Assembly: GCA_035716265.1 (NCBI GenBank)
Contig: DASTJX010000289.1
Coordinates: 1 to 35,918 of the forward strand
Length of the DNA stretch: 35,918 bases
Direction: 5' to 3'
DNA from: Nitrospira sp.
Lineage (GTDB): Bacteria; Nitrospirota; Nitrospiria; Nitrospirales; Nitrospiraceae
Part shown: positions 27,519 to 35,918 of the stretch, piece by piece
Numbering within the stretch: position 1 is the first letter of the stretch
How the letters are laid out: every line of letters starts with the position of its first letter
Notes under the pieces: model-generated
What the model saw: the letters and a program-made list of their open reading frames with translations, nothing else
Database searches by the model: none
Told to the model about the DNA's origin: nothing
Translations under genes and position numbers: made by a program

Positions 27519-27689
27519 GTGGCTGATGTACAGATCGACGAAGGCATCATCAAGATCGTGAATCTCGATGTCCAAGATGCGAAAGCTGCCGCCGTCCTCG
27601 CCGAATATCCCCAGGTTCGGTGGCCGGAAATCACCAGACGAGCCCTGAAAATCGGCTTGGGCTATCTCAAAGGCGGCGCACGAGATTAG
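27519..27689 (+). CDS. Small hypothetical protein (56 aa)
   Basis: Perfect AAGGAGGT RBS before GTG; sequence MADVQIDEGIIKIVNLDVQD...RRALKIGLGYLKGGARD. Confidence 0.7.
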   Translation: MADVQIDEGIIKIVNLDVQDAKAAAVLAEYPQVRWPEITRRALKIGLGYLKGGARD

Positions 27690-29080
27690 GGGTTTTGGGA
27701 AGGAAGCGGCGGGTCAGCTGCATGCGACTGGGCGACGGCTTCCCGTGCCCGGTTATGGGTCCCGCCTAGCTCGAGGTAACGCTCGAAAGCTTCGACCGCT
27801 TTCTTTTGATCCTTTAACTGATCGGCATACAGCGACCCAAGCGTGAAATAGACGTCGACATAACTCGGGTTGGCGGCCAACGCTGCACGCATGGCGCGTT
27901 CGGCCTCCGCATACTGCCCCCGTTTCTCGTAGATCAATCCGAGCGTATAGTGTGAATCCGGGTTGTTTGCAGCGTACTGGACCGCCAACTTTCCGGCCTT
28001 CAGCGCTTCCTCCAGATCAGGAATGACTTCGAGCCGCACGTAGCTTTTGAGCACATAGGCGTCGCCAAATGTCGGATCGTATTCCAGCGCCTTATTGAGT
28101 CGCTCCAAAGCTTCGTCCTGCGCTTTTCCATCTTGCAGGAGGGCAAAGGCCTGCTCGTAGTGCATCCGTGCTGCTTGCTGACGCTCAGCAGGTGACTGGG
28201 GCTCGCCGCCCAGGCGGAATGCCGCCTTTCGTCCTTCGATGATGATGGTGTCACCATCGCCTTCCAACTGGGCAAACGTCGGATGCTGGGCACCCTTGGT
28301 GTGATCCGTCACGTGCTGACTGACGAACCGCCCGACTTCGGACGCCATCAGCCAACCATTTTTGTCAATGTCCCCCTCCCCGGTGAGCGCTTTCATCAGC
28401 GCCAGTACGAACACACTGCGATCCTGTGTTCTCACAGCGGCCTCTCCTTTGTCGGCCGCTGTCAACACCTGGACGGCGCGTTTTTCCGTATCGTCCTCCG
28501 GGGCGCTTCGCCCTTCAAGCGAAAGCGCCTGTGCCGCACTGGCTTCCCACCCTCGGACAGCAGTATCGAATACGAACAGCGTGTGTTTCGAGGCACTGCG
28601 GTGACTAAACTCTTTGAGCTGTTCAAAGGTCACTGCTTTCGAGACATTCCCTGGCTGCGCATCCCAGGGTACGAGATAACCCAGTTCCTTCCCCGAGCCG
28701 CTCTGGGTAATCCCGGCATGGCCGGAGAAATAAATAACCAGACGATCCTGGCGGCCCACCTTCCGAGGCAGGAAATCGACCAGCGTCTGCTGCAACCGCC
28801 GCGAACTCGCGTCCTTGTCGTAGAGTTCGACGACCTCTTCGAATCCCAATCGGCGAAAGACTTCGGCGACGGCTTTGGCGTCTTCGATGACACCGGGAAT
28901 TTTCGGCGCAAGCAGATAGTTTTCAATTCCAATGACGACGGCCCACGATTTGTAGTACAGCCCCTCAGGCTTTCCCATCTGAGCGGCCGCCGGCGCAGGG
29001 CTGAGGCATGCCATCGCGAGAATGACCAGAACCGGCAGAAATCGTGACTGGAATGATGGGCGTGAAGAGGGAAGCATCAT
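27686..29080 (-). CDS. Secreted caspase-fold (peptidase C14-like) protein with C-terminal TPRs, probably catalytically inactive
   Basis: Signal peptide, SWAVVIGIENY, IYFSGHAG, FVFDTAVRG (no Cys), SVFVLALMKALTG and QHPTF, followed by about four TPRs. Confidence 0.85.
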   Translation of the reverse strand: MMLPSSRPSFQSRFLPVLVILAMACLSPAPAAAQMGKPEGLYYKSWAVVIGIENYLLAPKIPGVIEDAKAVAEVFRRLGFEEVVELYDKDASSRRLQQTLVDFLPRKVGRQDRLVIYFSGHAGITQSGSGKELGYLVPWDAQPGNVSKAVTFEQLKEFSHRSASKHTLFVFDTAVRGWEASAAQALSLEGRSAPEDDTEKRAVQVLTAADKGEAAVRTQDRSVFVLALMKALTGEGDIDKNGWLMASEVGRFVSQHVTDHTKGAQHPTFAQLEGDGDTIIIEGRKAAFRLGGEPQSPAERQQAARMHYEQAFALLQDGKAQDEALERLNKALEYDPTFGDAYVLKSYVRLEVIPDLEEALKAGKLAVQYAANNPDSHYTLGLIYEKRGQYAEAERAMRAALAANPSYVDVYFTLGSLYADQLKDQKKAVEAFERYLELGGTHNRAREAVAQSHAADPPLPSQNP

Positions 29081-29255
29081 AGTAGACGCGTCTCAGGCAC
29101 TCTGTGAAATCAGCGTACTCTGGCCCTGTCCAGCTGTCAACCACAGGCTTTCGGAATTGCATCGGCGACCGTACCGTTGTATGGTTGCGCCGCCCCAGCC
29201 GCTTGCCGATAATGGCGGCATCGGATGCGGTCCAGCCCAAAGGAGCTGTTCAGCC

Positions 29256-31145
29256 ATGACGGAAAACATAGAAACCCTCCTCAAAGAGAGCCGTGTCTAT
29301 CGGCCGACGGCCAAGACGATTGCCGCGGCGCATATCAAGGACTACGAGAAGGAGTACCAGAAATCGATTGCCGACCCCGAAGCCTTCTGGAGCGGCATGG
29401 CCAAGGAGTTGGACTGGTTTTCGCCGTGGTCCAGAGTTCTGGAATGGAATTACCCCTGGGCTAAATGGTTCGTGGGAGCCACGTGCAATATCACGTACAA
29501 TTGCCTCGACCGGCACGTCAACACCTGGCGCAAGAATAAGGTTGCCCTCATCTGGGTCGGCGAAGACGACCGTGAACGCATTTTTACCTACGGTGAACTC
29601 TATCGCCAGGTCAATCGGTGCGCCAACGCGCTGAAGAAGCTGGGCCTGAACACAGGCGACCGCGTCACCATCTATCTCCCCAAAATTCCTGAACAGCTCA
29701 TTGCCATGTTGGCGTGCGCCCGCATCGGGGTGATCCACAGCGTCGTGTATTCGGGATTCAGCGCGCCAGCCCTGGCCAGCCGTATCAACGACGCCGAATC
29801 CCGATTGGTCATTACCGCGGACGTCGGATTCGACCGGACCAAGGTCATTGCCCTCAAACCGATCGTTGATGAGGCGTTGAAGCAGTGCTCCTCCGTCGAG
29901 CGGGTCGTCGTAGTTCGGCGACAACCGTCAAGCCCCTCCCCGGCGGCTCCGAAAGAACTCGACTGGACGGATTGGGTCAAGGGAGAACCGGCTGTTTGTG
30001 AAGCGAAGCCACTGGACTCAGAAACCCCGTTGTACATCCTGTACACGTCCGGCACGACAGGAAAACCCAAGGGCGTCGTGCACGTTCACGGCGGGTACAT
30101 GGTCGGCACCTACACAACGACCAAGTACGTGTTCGACCTGAAAGACGACGACGTGTACTTCTGCGTCGCTGACCCCGGATGGGTCACCGGCCACAGCTAT
30201 ATCGTCTATGGCCCTCTTCTCAATGGAGCCACTGTGCTCACCGCCGAAGGAAAACCGGATTTTCCCAATCCAGGTCGCTGGTGGGACCTGATCGAGCGGT
30301 ATGGCGTATCAATTTTTTACACGACGCCGACTGGCATTCGGCTGCTGATGCGGCATGGCGAGGACTGGCCAAAACAATACGACCTGTCCAGCTTGCGGAT
30401 TCTTGGCAGCGTTGGCGAACCGATTAATCCCGAGGCGTGGGAATGGTTTCATCGTGCCGCAGGCGGCGATAAGCCGATCATGGATACCTGGTGGCAGACG
30501 GAAACAGGATCCATTCTGATCACGCCGCTGCCTACCGTCGCCCTGAAGCCTGGGTCCGCCACCAGACCATTCTTAGGTATCGAAGCCGACGTCGTCGATC
30601 GTCAAGGCAATTCCTTGCCCGCTCACCAGGGCGGTTTTGCCGTGATTAAGAAACCGTGGCCATCGATGATGCGTACAATCTACAAAGATCCCGAGCGATA
30701 CAAAACCTATTGGAGCATCATTCCAAACTGCTATACGGCGGGCGACGTCTGTCACAAGGACGCCGACGGATACATGTGGTTTATGGGCCGTGCCGATGAT
30801 GTGATCAAGGTCGCAGGCAATCGCCTTGGAACCGCCGAAGTCGAGAGCGCGCTCGTCAGTCACCACGCCGTGGCTGAGGCCGCCGTCATCGGCAAACCTC
30901 ACAAGACTGTCGGTGAGACGATCAAGGCCTTCATCATCCTTAAGCAAGGGGAGATCGCAAACCCTGCGCTCATCCAGTCCATAAAAGATCAGGTCCAGCA
31001 TGAGCTGGGGAAAATCGCCGTTCCCTCGGAAGTCGATATTGTCACGTCGCTGCCAAAGACGCGCTCCGGCAAGATCATGCGCCGGGTGCTGAAAGCGAAA
31101 GAACTTGGTCAAGACCCAGGAGATATCTCAACCATTGAGGAGTGA
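29256..31145 (+). CDS. acs: Acetyl-CoA synthetase (AMP-forming)
   Basis: Motifs YTSGTTGKPKG, GSVGEPIN, DTWWQTETG and LPKTRSGKIMRR. ATG at 29256 with AAGGAG RBS. Confidence 0.96.
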   Translation: MTENIETLLKESRVYRPTAKTIAAAHIKDYEKEYQKSIADPEAFWSGMAKELDWFSPWSRVLEWNYPWAKWFVGATCNITYNCLDRHVNTWRKNKVALIWVGEDDRERIFTYGELYRQVNRCANALKKLGLNTGDRVTIYLPKIPEQLIAMLACARIGVIHSVVYSGFSAPALASRINDAESRLVITADVGFDRTKVIALKPIVDEALKQCSSVERVVVVRRQPSSPSPAAPKELDWTDWVKGEPAVCEAKPLDSETPLYILYTSGTTGKPKGVVHVHGGYMVGTYTTTKYVFDLKDDDVYFCVADPGWVTGHSYIVYGPLLNGATVLTAEGKPDFPNPGRWWDLIERYGVSIFYTTPTGIRLLMRHGEDWPKQYDLSSLRILGSVGEPINPEAWEWFHRAAGGDKPIMDTWWQTETGSILITPLPTVALKPGSATRPFLGIEADVVDRQGNSLPAHQGGFAVIKKPWPSMMRTIYKDPERYKTYWSIIPNCYTAGDVCHKDADGYMWFMGRADDVIKVAGNRLGTAEVESALVSHHAVAEAAVIGKPHKTVGETIKAFIILKQGEIANPALIQSIKDQVQHELGKIAVPSEVDIVTSLPKTRSGKIMRRVLKAKELGQDPGDISTIEE

Positions 31146-31196
31146 TGCACCGCAAGTCCATGCAGCGCACGTGGCGCTGCGGCGAAGGAGGCAGGC

Positions 31197-31673
31197 ATGG
31201 TGAAGCGAATGGGCCGTACAATGGTGTTGATTGGTACAGTCGGTTTCCTGCTCGTGGCGGGTTATCCTGAGCTGGCACCCGCAGCGGACAAGGACAAATC
31301 GGCCACGAAGCCCAAAGCTGCGTCCGAAGCCAAGGCACCTAAACCCAAGATTTCAAAAACGGATAAACCGAAATATCAATCGGCCGAGAAAGCAGGAGCA
31401 GCGAAAGCCTGTTTCGGCGAAGCACCCAGAATCGTCAAACTGACCCCCGACGAAGGGAAAGCAGGAGACAAAGTCACGATTACCGGGACGAATTTCGGTT
31501 CCGCCGATTGTCTGCGCGGCGTGTCTTTTGGTCCCGGGCATGCGGCGACCTACAAGGTGAAGGACGAGACCACGATTACCGCCACTGTCCCAACCGCAGG
31601 GCGAAAAGGGCTGGCTATTGTCACAGTGACGACGGCATCAGGCGAGGATTCGAAACCGTTTCTGATGAAATGA
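31197..31673 (+). CDS. Exported IPT/TIG-domain protein with Lys/Pro-rich linker
   Basis: Signal peptide and PRIVKLTPDEG..GDKVTITGTNF...TITATVP IPT signature. Confidence 0.85.
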   Translation: MVKRMGRTMVLIGTVGFLLVAGYPELAPAADKDKSATKPKAASEAKAPKPKISKTDKPKYQSAEKAGAAKACFGEAPRIVKLTPDEGKAGDKVTITGTNFGSADCLRGVSFGPGHAATYKVKDETTITATVPTAGRKGLAIVTVTTASGEDSKPFLMK

Positions 31674-31679
31674 AAAATT

Positions 31680-31891
31680 GGTCTGACCGCTCCTGCTTCG
31701 CTTGAGGCCAGACCCTTGTTGGGTCCCCGTAAGCCTCGCGTTCGCTTGGCGGCGTAACTTGTTCCATTCTGAGCTTCGCTCGAATGGAATGGCGAACAGC
31801 GCCGCCATCCGCCTTAAGCGGAACACTCCCTCTCGGCAACGGGAGACACAGCGCGGGTCCGATGTCCGCTTCAGCAGTGCGCGGTCAGACC
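31680..31891. repeat. 212-nt multi-hairpin element with 11-bp terminal inverted repeat (MITE/REP-like or ncRNA)
   Basis: GGTCTGACCGC...GCGGTCAGACC enclosing three internal hairpins. Confidence 0.6.
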
Positions 31892-31980
31892 TGTGGTGGA
31901 TAGGTAGATAAATCCAAGTTAAACCGAAGAATCCAAGGACCATGCCGCGCGGAGTAAGAAAGCCAGGCGAACCCATTTAT

Positions 31981-32166
31981 ATGAGACGGCACGTGATCGC
32001 TCTGGCCTTAGCGGTTGGAGTGCCGATCATTGCGCTCCAGATCTACAAAATCTATGTGGGACCCATCAACTTCGTCGTCCAGTTCGGCTTGATCGTGGTG
32101 ACTTCAGTGGTGGCGGGTCTCTGGCTGTTTGTTGCTTACCGGTCGTCGGCTCAGAATGAACCATGA
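31981..32166 (+). CDS. Small two-TM membrane protein
   Basis: Two hydrophobic segments; the start could be 31942 or 31981. Confidence 0.65.
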   Translation: MRRHVIALALAVGVPIIALQIYKIYVGPINFVVQFGLIVVTSVVAGLWLFVAYRSSAQNEP

Positions 32167-32218
32167 ATGAAGTGCCACACGCTGTAGCTCAATGGACTGA
32201 CCTGCATGCCAGCCCGGC

Positions 32219-32782
32219 CTAGCGAGCCTTCAAGGTGCGAAATGTAATGGAGTAGCGCAACTCCTTTGCTGGCGGTATGGAATGCTGCCACAGGAAACGG
32301 GCTGCCTCGGCTAAGAGATATGACGACCTTGGTGCGAGCATGGCCTCGGCCGTTTCTCGTTGAGCTGCGACCTTGCGCTGAAACCGCATACGGCAAGTCC
32401 CTGCCAGAGAGACACCGACGACCATGGGACCGAACATCGGGGCATCTCGATGCCATCCGATGCCGGCACCCGGATCGTAGCGAGTGACCAACACTTCTTC
32501 CACCGCTTCTGCTGACACGCCCATCAGAGCACCCGCCCGCAGGCGCAAAGGCGTCAACCAATCAGGTATCGGCTCTGTCGGCTCGATCGTCCACGAATCG
32601 TAGCCGTAATCCCACCCGAAATGAACGACACGTCGCTTGGCGGTCACGCCATGCATGCGGATCTCGGAGAGCGACAACTGTTCAATCTGCGACAAGAGAA
32701 GCTTCTCCTCTTCCACGGTGATCCAGTCAGGCAGGTAGTGAAACCCTGGTGGTGGTGTGGATGGGATTAAGGATCCGCGCAT
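32219..32782 (-). CDS. AlkB-like 2-oxoglutarate/Fe(II) dioxygenase
   Basis: Y.PGAGIGWHRD (HxD), WQHSIP and RYSITFR. Confidence 0.88.
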   Translation of the reverse strand: MRGSLIPSTPPPGFHYLPDWITVEEEKLLLSQIEQLSLSEIRMHGVTAKRRVVHFGWDYGYDSWTIEPTEPIPDWLTPLRLRAGALMGVSAEAVEEVLVTRYDPGAGIGWHRDAPMFGPMVVGVSLAGTCRMRFQRKVAAQRETAEAMLAPRSSYLLAEAARFLWQHSIPPAKELRYSITFRTLKAR

Positions 32783-32844
32783 GGCCCATTGTATCGAGCC
32801 TTCGGGTGGAAGTGGTATCGCCCTGAAACAGCAGGGCACAGGCT

Positions 32845-33498
32845 CTACAGCAGTCCGCGCTTTTTGAGATAGTCCTTGTCGATGACGGGAGCAGGCTTCG
32901 GAAGCTGGCTTCTCTGCTGAAGCAACCGCTCGACGTATTTGCCGATGAGGTCCGATTCCAGATTGACAGTGTCATTCACCTGCTTCAATCCCAGCGTCGT
33001 CGCTGTGGCCGTATGGGGAATGATGGCCACGCTGAACGAAGAGTCGATCACTTCGTTAATTGTGAGGCTTGTCCCATCGACCGTGACCGAACCCTTGGAT
33101 ACGCAATACCGCAACACTTCAGGCGGCGCTTCGATGGACAAGACGATTGCATTCCCTTCCTGATGCCGGCCGCGGATAGTCCCGACCGCGTCCACATGAC
33201 CTGCGACAAGGTGTCCGCCGATCCGTTCATTCAACTTCATGGCCCGCTCGAGATTGACCGGCATACCCCCGGCCAGTTCACCGAGGGTCGTCACGGACAA
33301 GGTTTCCGGGGAAACGTCCACAACGAAAGTGGCTTCGCCTTTGGTCACCACAGTCAGACAGGTCCCGTTGATGCTGATGCTGTCCCCGACCTTCAAATCA
33401 CCCATGATGGCCGAGGCTAGGATGGTCAGTCGCGTGCCGGCGAGAGTTTTTTCAATCGCGGTCACCGCGCCCATCTCTTCAACGATTCCGGTGAACAT
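32845..33498 (-). CDS. ribE: Riboflavin synthase (alpha chain)
   Basis: MFTGIVE, GDSISINGTCLTV, VNLERA, GGHLVAGHVD and KGSVTVDGTSLT. Called ribC in E. coli nomenclature. Confidence 0.96.
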   Translation of the reverse strand: MFTGIVEEMGAVTAIEKTLAGTRLTILASAIMGDLKVGDSISINGTCLTVVTKGEATFVVDVSPETLSVTTLGELAGGMPVNLERAMKLNERIGGHLVAGHVDAVGTIRGRHQEGNAIVLSIEAPPEVLRYCVSKGSVTVDGTSLTINEVIDSSFSVAIIPHTATATTLGLKQVNDTVNLESDLIGKYVERLLQQRSQLPKPAPVIDKDYLKKRGLL

Positions 33499-33561
33499 AA
33501 AAGTTATTTAAAATAGTTCGCCTCTCGTCTTCGCCATTTGGGAGAAGCTGAACCAGTGAGC

Positions 33562-33681
33562 CTATTCGCTTTTCTGAGTAAACATTTGCTTCACCACATA
33601 GACAAACACCACGATCAGGACCATGACGCCGATCGCCGCAAGCACACCAATCACAATGTTTTCAGTCGCCATTTCTTGCAT
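33562..33681 (-). CDS. 39-aa single-pass membrane microprotein (absent from ORF track)
   Basis: MQEMATENIVIGVLAAIGVMVLIVVFVYVVKQMFTQKSE*, with GGAG upstream of the ATG. Confidence 0.65.
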   Translation of the reverse strand: MQEMATENIVIGVLAAIGVMVLIVVFVYVVKQMFTQKSE

Positions 33682-33702
33682 GGCGCTCCATTATAGCGGT
33701 AT

Positions 33703-34869
33703 TTATTTTCTCATGGTGAGCCAAAAAAATCCGGCGGCAGCCATCTGGAGGCCGGCGATGGTCGTAAATGCCGAGGCATAACTCGTGTGGGCAATGAGCA
33801 CACCGGCCAACAACGGACCACTGGCATGGCCGATATCTCCGATGGTGCCTTGCATCCCCATGCCTGCACCCAACGTCTTGAACTCCGAACTGTCCGCCAC
33901 GAACGCCGAGGAAGAAGACGAGACCACCGCCTCCCCGAAACCAAACCCTGCCGTGAGAAACAACAACACGACAAAACTTGCCACATGCGGGATACAGACG
34001 AACGTGGCCGCACAAATCACCAAGCCCAGCATAATCAACGGCTGCCTGCCCACTCGGTCTGAGACTCGTCCCATGATGGGTTTTGAGAAGAACGACGTCA
34101 GGGATTGAACCGTGAACAGGAGTCCGACTTCGCCAGCGTTAAGGCCGATCCCGACGCCATAGAGCGGCAAAAAGGCCATCAACGCTCCGTTGGCAATCAT
34201 TTTGGCCGCATCCGTGGAGCTGGTTATCAGGACCTTGCGGTTGCGGGCGACGATACTAAACCCCTTCCACATTTCCGTCACGACCGGCGCCAGGCCTCTT
34301 TCCTGTCGGCGTGATGGAGGGGGCGTCAGCCGCAAACTATAAAACAGCACGATAGCGATGCACCCGAAAAATCCAGCAGTGAGGAACGCAGACTGAAATC
34401 CGGCTGCAAAGGCGAGGTATCCGCCGATGAATGGGCCCAGCAACGCACCGGATTGTGTACAGGCCGTATAGGTGCCGAGTGCTGCCCCGCGCCGCTCGCG
34501 ATACAGTTCGGCGACGGTGGCGAGCGCACTGGGGGCGAAGATCGCCGTCGCCAGGCCATGAAAGAGCCGTAGCAACGTGAGCAGGTTCAGATCCGAGATG
34601 AAGGGATAGAGAAATGGAGGCAGACCGAAGGCGATGACTCCGACACGCAGCAGCATGCGACGGCCGTAAATGTCAGAAAGCGCGCCGGAGGGAAGCTTGA
34701 GCAACACGCCTGTCAGAGTGGACACAGACACGATCACGCCGATTCGCTCGGGGCTTGCACCGAGCGACTCAGCGAACAACGCCAGGACGGGCATCCGTAC
34801 CATGTTGTAGCTGATAAAACAAAACACACCGATGGTGCAGAGCAGTGTAAAACTTCGAGCGGTCGTCAT
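33703..34869 (-). CDS. Major facilitator superfamily transporter
   Basis: About 12 hydrophobic helices; motif A occurs twice (GALSDIYGRR, GRVSDRVGRQ). Confidence 0.93.
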   Translation of the reverse strand: MTTARSFTLLCTIGVFCFISYNMVRMPVLALFAESLGASPERIGVIVSVSTLTGVLLKLPSGALSDIYGRRMLLRVGVIAFGLPPFLYPFISDLNLLTLLRLFHGLATAIFAPSALATVAELYRERRGAALGTYTACTQSGALLGPFIGGYLAFAAGFQSAFLTAGFFGCIAIVLFYSLRLTPPPSRRQERGLAPVVTEMWKGFSIVARNRKVLITSSTDAAKMIANGALMAFLPLYGVGIGLNAGEVGLLFTVQSLTSFFSKPIMGRVSDRVGRQPLIMLGLVICAATFVCIPHVASFVVLLFLTAGFGFGEAVVSSSSSAFVADSSEFKTLGAGMGMQGTIGDIGHASGPLLAGVLIAHTSYASAFTTIAGLQMAAAGFFWLTMRK

Positions 34870-35681
34870 GGCGCCGGACGCGAGGAGTGAGGAGTGGCCG
34901 ACGAATTGTGGCGGCGGCGTAAGGCCTGCGTTAATACAGCAACGTCCTGTTCGGGCAAGGGAGGAGGATCCGTGGCCTCAAACAGCACGCGATCGGGCCG
35001 GCGGTCCATTTCGAGACCCAACCGGTTCACCACTTCAAGGCCTTTAGACAATTTGCGCATCACCGTTGCATCGATGAGCGGGCGCAGAAGCGAAACGAAG
35101 CCGGAAAGAACACGGTTATCCAACATCGTGTACGCCACCATCGTGCTTTCCATTGCCTCCGAGCCGCGCTCGTCCTTCACCGGCCTCATTCGAAGAAAGA
35201 TGACGGCCTTGCCGCTTACATTGGGAAGCAAACTGCTATGGTGCGTGCCTTCAAGGTAATATACCCGCGTCGTGCGATCCTGGGATATCAGCTGCACGAT
35301 GCCCTCCGTTCCTTCCCCATCGCTGCCCCACCACCGCCCGGGACCCCGCTCCTCGGACTTGTAGTCTGCCAGATCCAGCCGATTGATGAGCGCGGCCGCT
35401 ACCGGTGGCCGGTCGAGCATGTACAGATACATTGGCTCAGCCATCGCGGTTATCAATGGTCCAACGGTGTTGGCACTGATGTGGTGATCGATCACAAGTT
35501 GGAGGCGGCAAGTCCAGTCACCGGCGATCTTAACAGCGGGAAACGCGATTCCGGACTGTTCACTGGCTACAAAACAGGAGTCGGCCCGCACGTGACCGGA
35601 AGAAACCGATGCGAGCACCGCCACTACGAGCCAGAAAAACCCTGAGCGGTGTCCTTGAAACAGCCGGTCCCCGATGCTCAT
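34866..35681 (-). CDS. Exported hypothetical protein
   Basis: Signal-peptide-like N-terminus and ATGA coupling at both ends. Confidence 0.75.
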   Translation of the reverse strand: MSIGDRLFQGHRSGFFWLVVAVLASVSSGHVRADSCFVASEQSGIAFPAVKIAGDWTCRLQLVIDHHISANTVGPLITAMAEPMYLYMLDRPPVAAALINRLDLADYKSEERGPGRWWGSDGEGTEGIVQLISQDRTTRVYYLEGTHHSSLLPNVSGKAVIFLRMRPVKDERGSEAMESTMVAYTMLDNRVLSGFVSLLRPLIDATVMRKLSKGLEVVNRLGLEMDRRPDRVLFEATDPPPLPEQDVAVLTQALRRRHNSSATPHSSRPAP

Positions 35682-35918
35682 GAGGCCTGTGTTGGAACCA
35701 GCACCGGGAGATGAATGGGAAACAGCTGCCGAGGATCGCGACGGAGCCGTGCCTGGCGTAACAGTATGTCAATTGACACCGTCACAGGTCCATCAAAGGA
35801 CAGTTGTCCATTCGTCCATATGCTGACCGGTTTTGCTGTGTCGATAAGGCGATCGTTCAAATAGAGGCTGTAGCGCCGTATGTGTTGCGTTCTCACCTCG
35901 ATACGATTCGGCCCTACG
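35678..35918 (-). CDS. C-terminal fragment of a gene starting outside the window (possibly a hydrolase-associated beta domain)
   Basis: Frame open to the window edge (...RIEVRTQHIRRYSLYLNDRLID...); its stop overlaps the next ATG. Confidence 0.6.
   Translation of the reverse strand, partial: VGPNRIEVRTQHIRRYSLYLNDRLIDTAKPVSIWTNGQLSFDGPVTVSIDILLRQARLRRDPRQLFPIHLPVLVPTQAS

Noticed and set aside
22770-29080. Caspase, TPR and PIN genes as an anti-phage defence system
   Set aside because: The caspase-like protein is exported and lacks the catalytic Cys, there is no NTPase, gasdermin or sensor partner, and the context looks like core genome.
29022-29255. Long N-terminal extension of Acs
   Set aside because: It overlaps the divergent gene. 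An RBS and a TTGCGC-17-GATAAT promoter (29185-29213) support the start at 29256.
33499-33561. FMN riboswitch upstream of riboflavin synthase
   Set aside because: The intergenic space is only about 60 nt and lacks the conserved RFN motifs.

Overview
This 35.9-kb bacterial chromosomal window is most likely from a Nitrospira-like organism, inferred from gene content and not from a database search. It is mostly core genes: thioredoxin, SGNH hydrolase, a HEAT-repeat plus HD-GYP pair, skp, rhodanese, a radical SAM enzyme, serS, TrmH and RlmI methyltransferases, a TPP-dependent 2-oxoacid decarboxylase, proC, a four-lipoprotein LPP20/LpoB/COG3014 operon, a secreted caspase-fold/TPR protein, acs, AlkB, riboflavin synthase and an MFS transporter. 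It also carries tRNA-Ser(TGA), tRNA-Ser(GCT) and tRNA-Phe(GAA). A sparser, apparently more AT-rich accessory region (about 7.9-14.9 kb) around the tRNAs holds small proteins and a lipoprotein/c-type cytochrome fusion. No CRISPR array, transposase or integrase is visible. The most interesting signals are: (1) a candidate structured RNA with anti-Shine-Dalgarno CCUCC loops (11.26-11.43 kb); (2) a 212-nt four-helix element closed by an 11-bp inverted repeat (31.68-31.89 kb); (3) a palindromic element built from the tRNA-Ser 3' end; (4) HEAT and HD-GYP genes sharing a paralogous, unnamed N-terminal domain; (5) a pseudo-caspase and a degenerate PIN toxin flanking the lipoprotein operon; (6) a divergent XRE switch with tandem operator-like sites.
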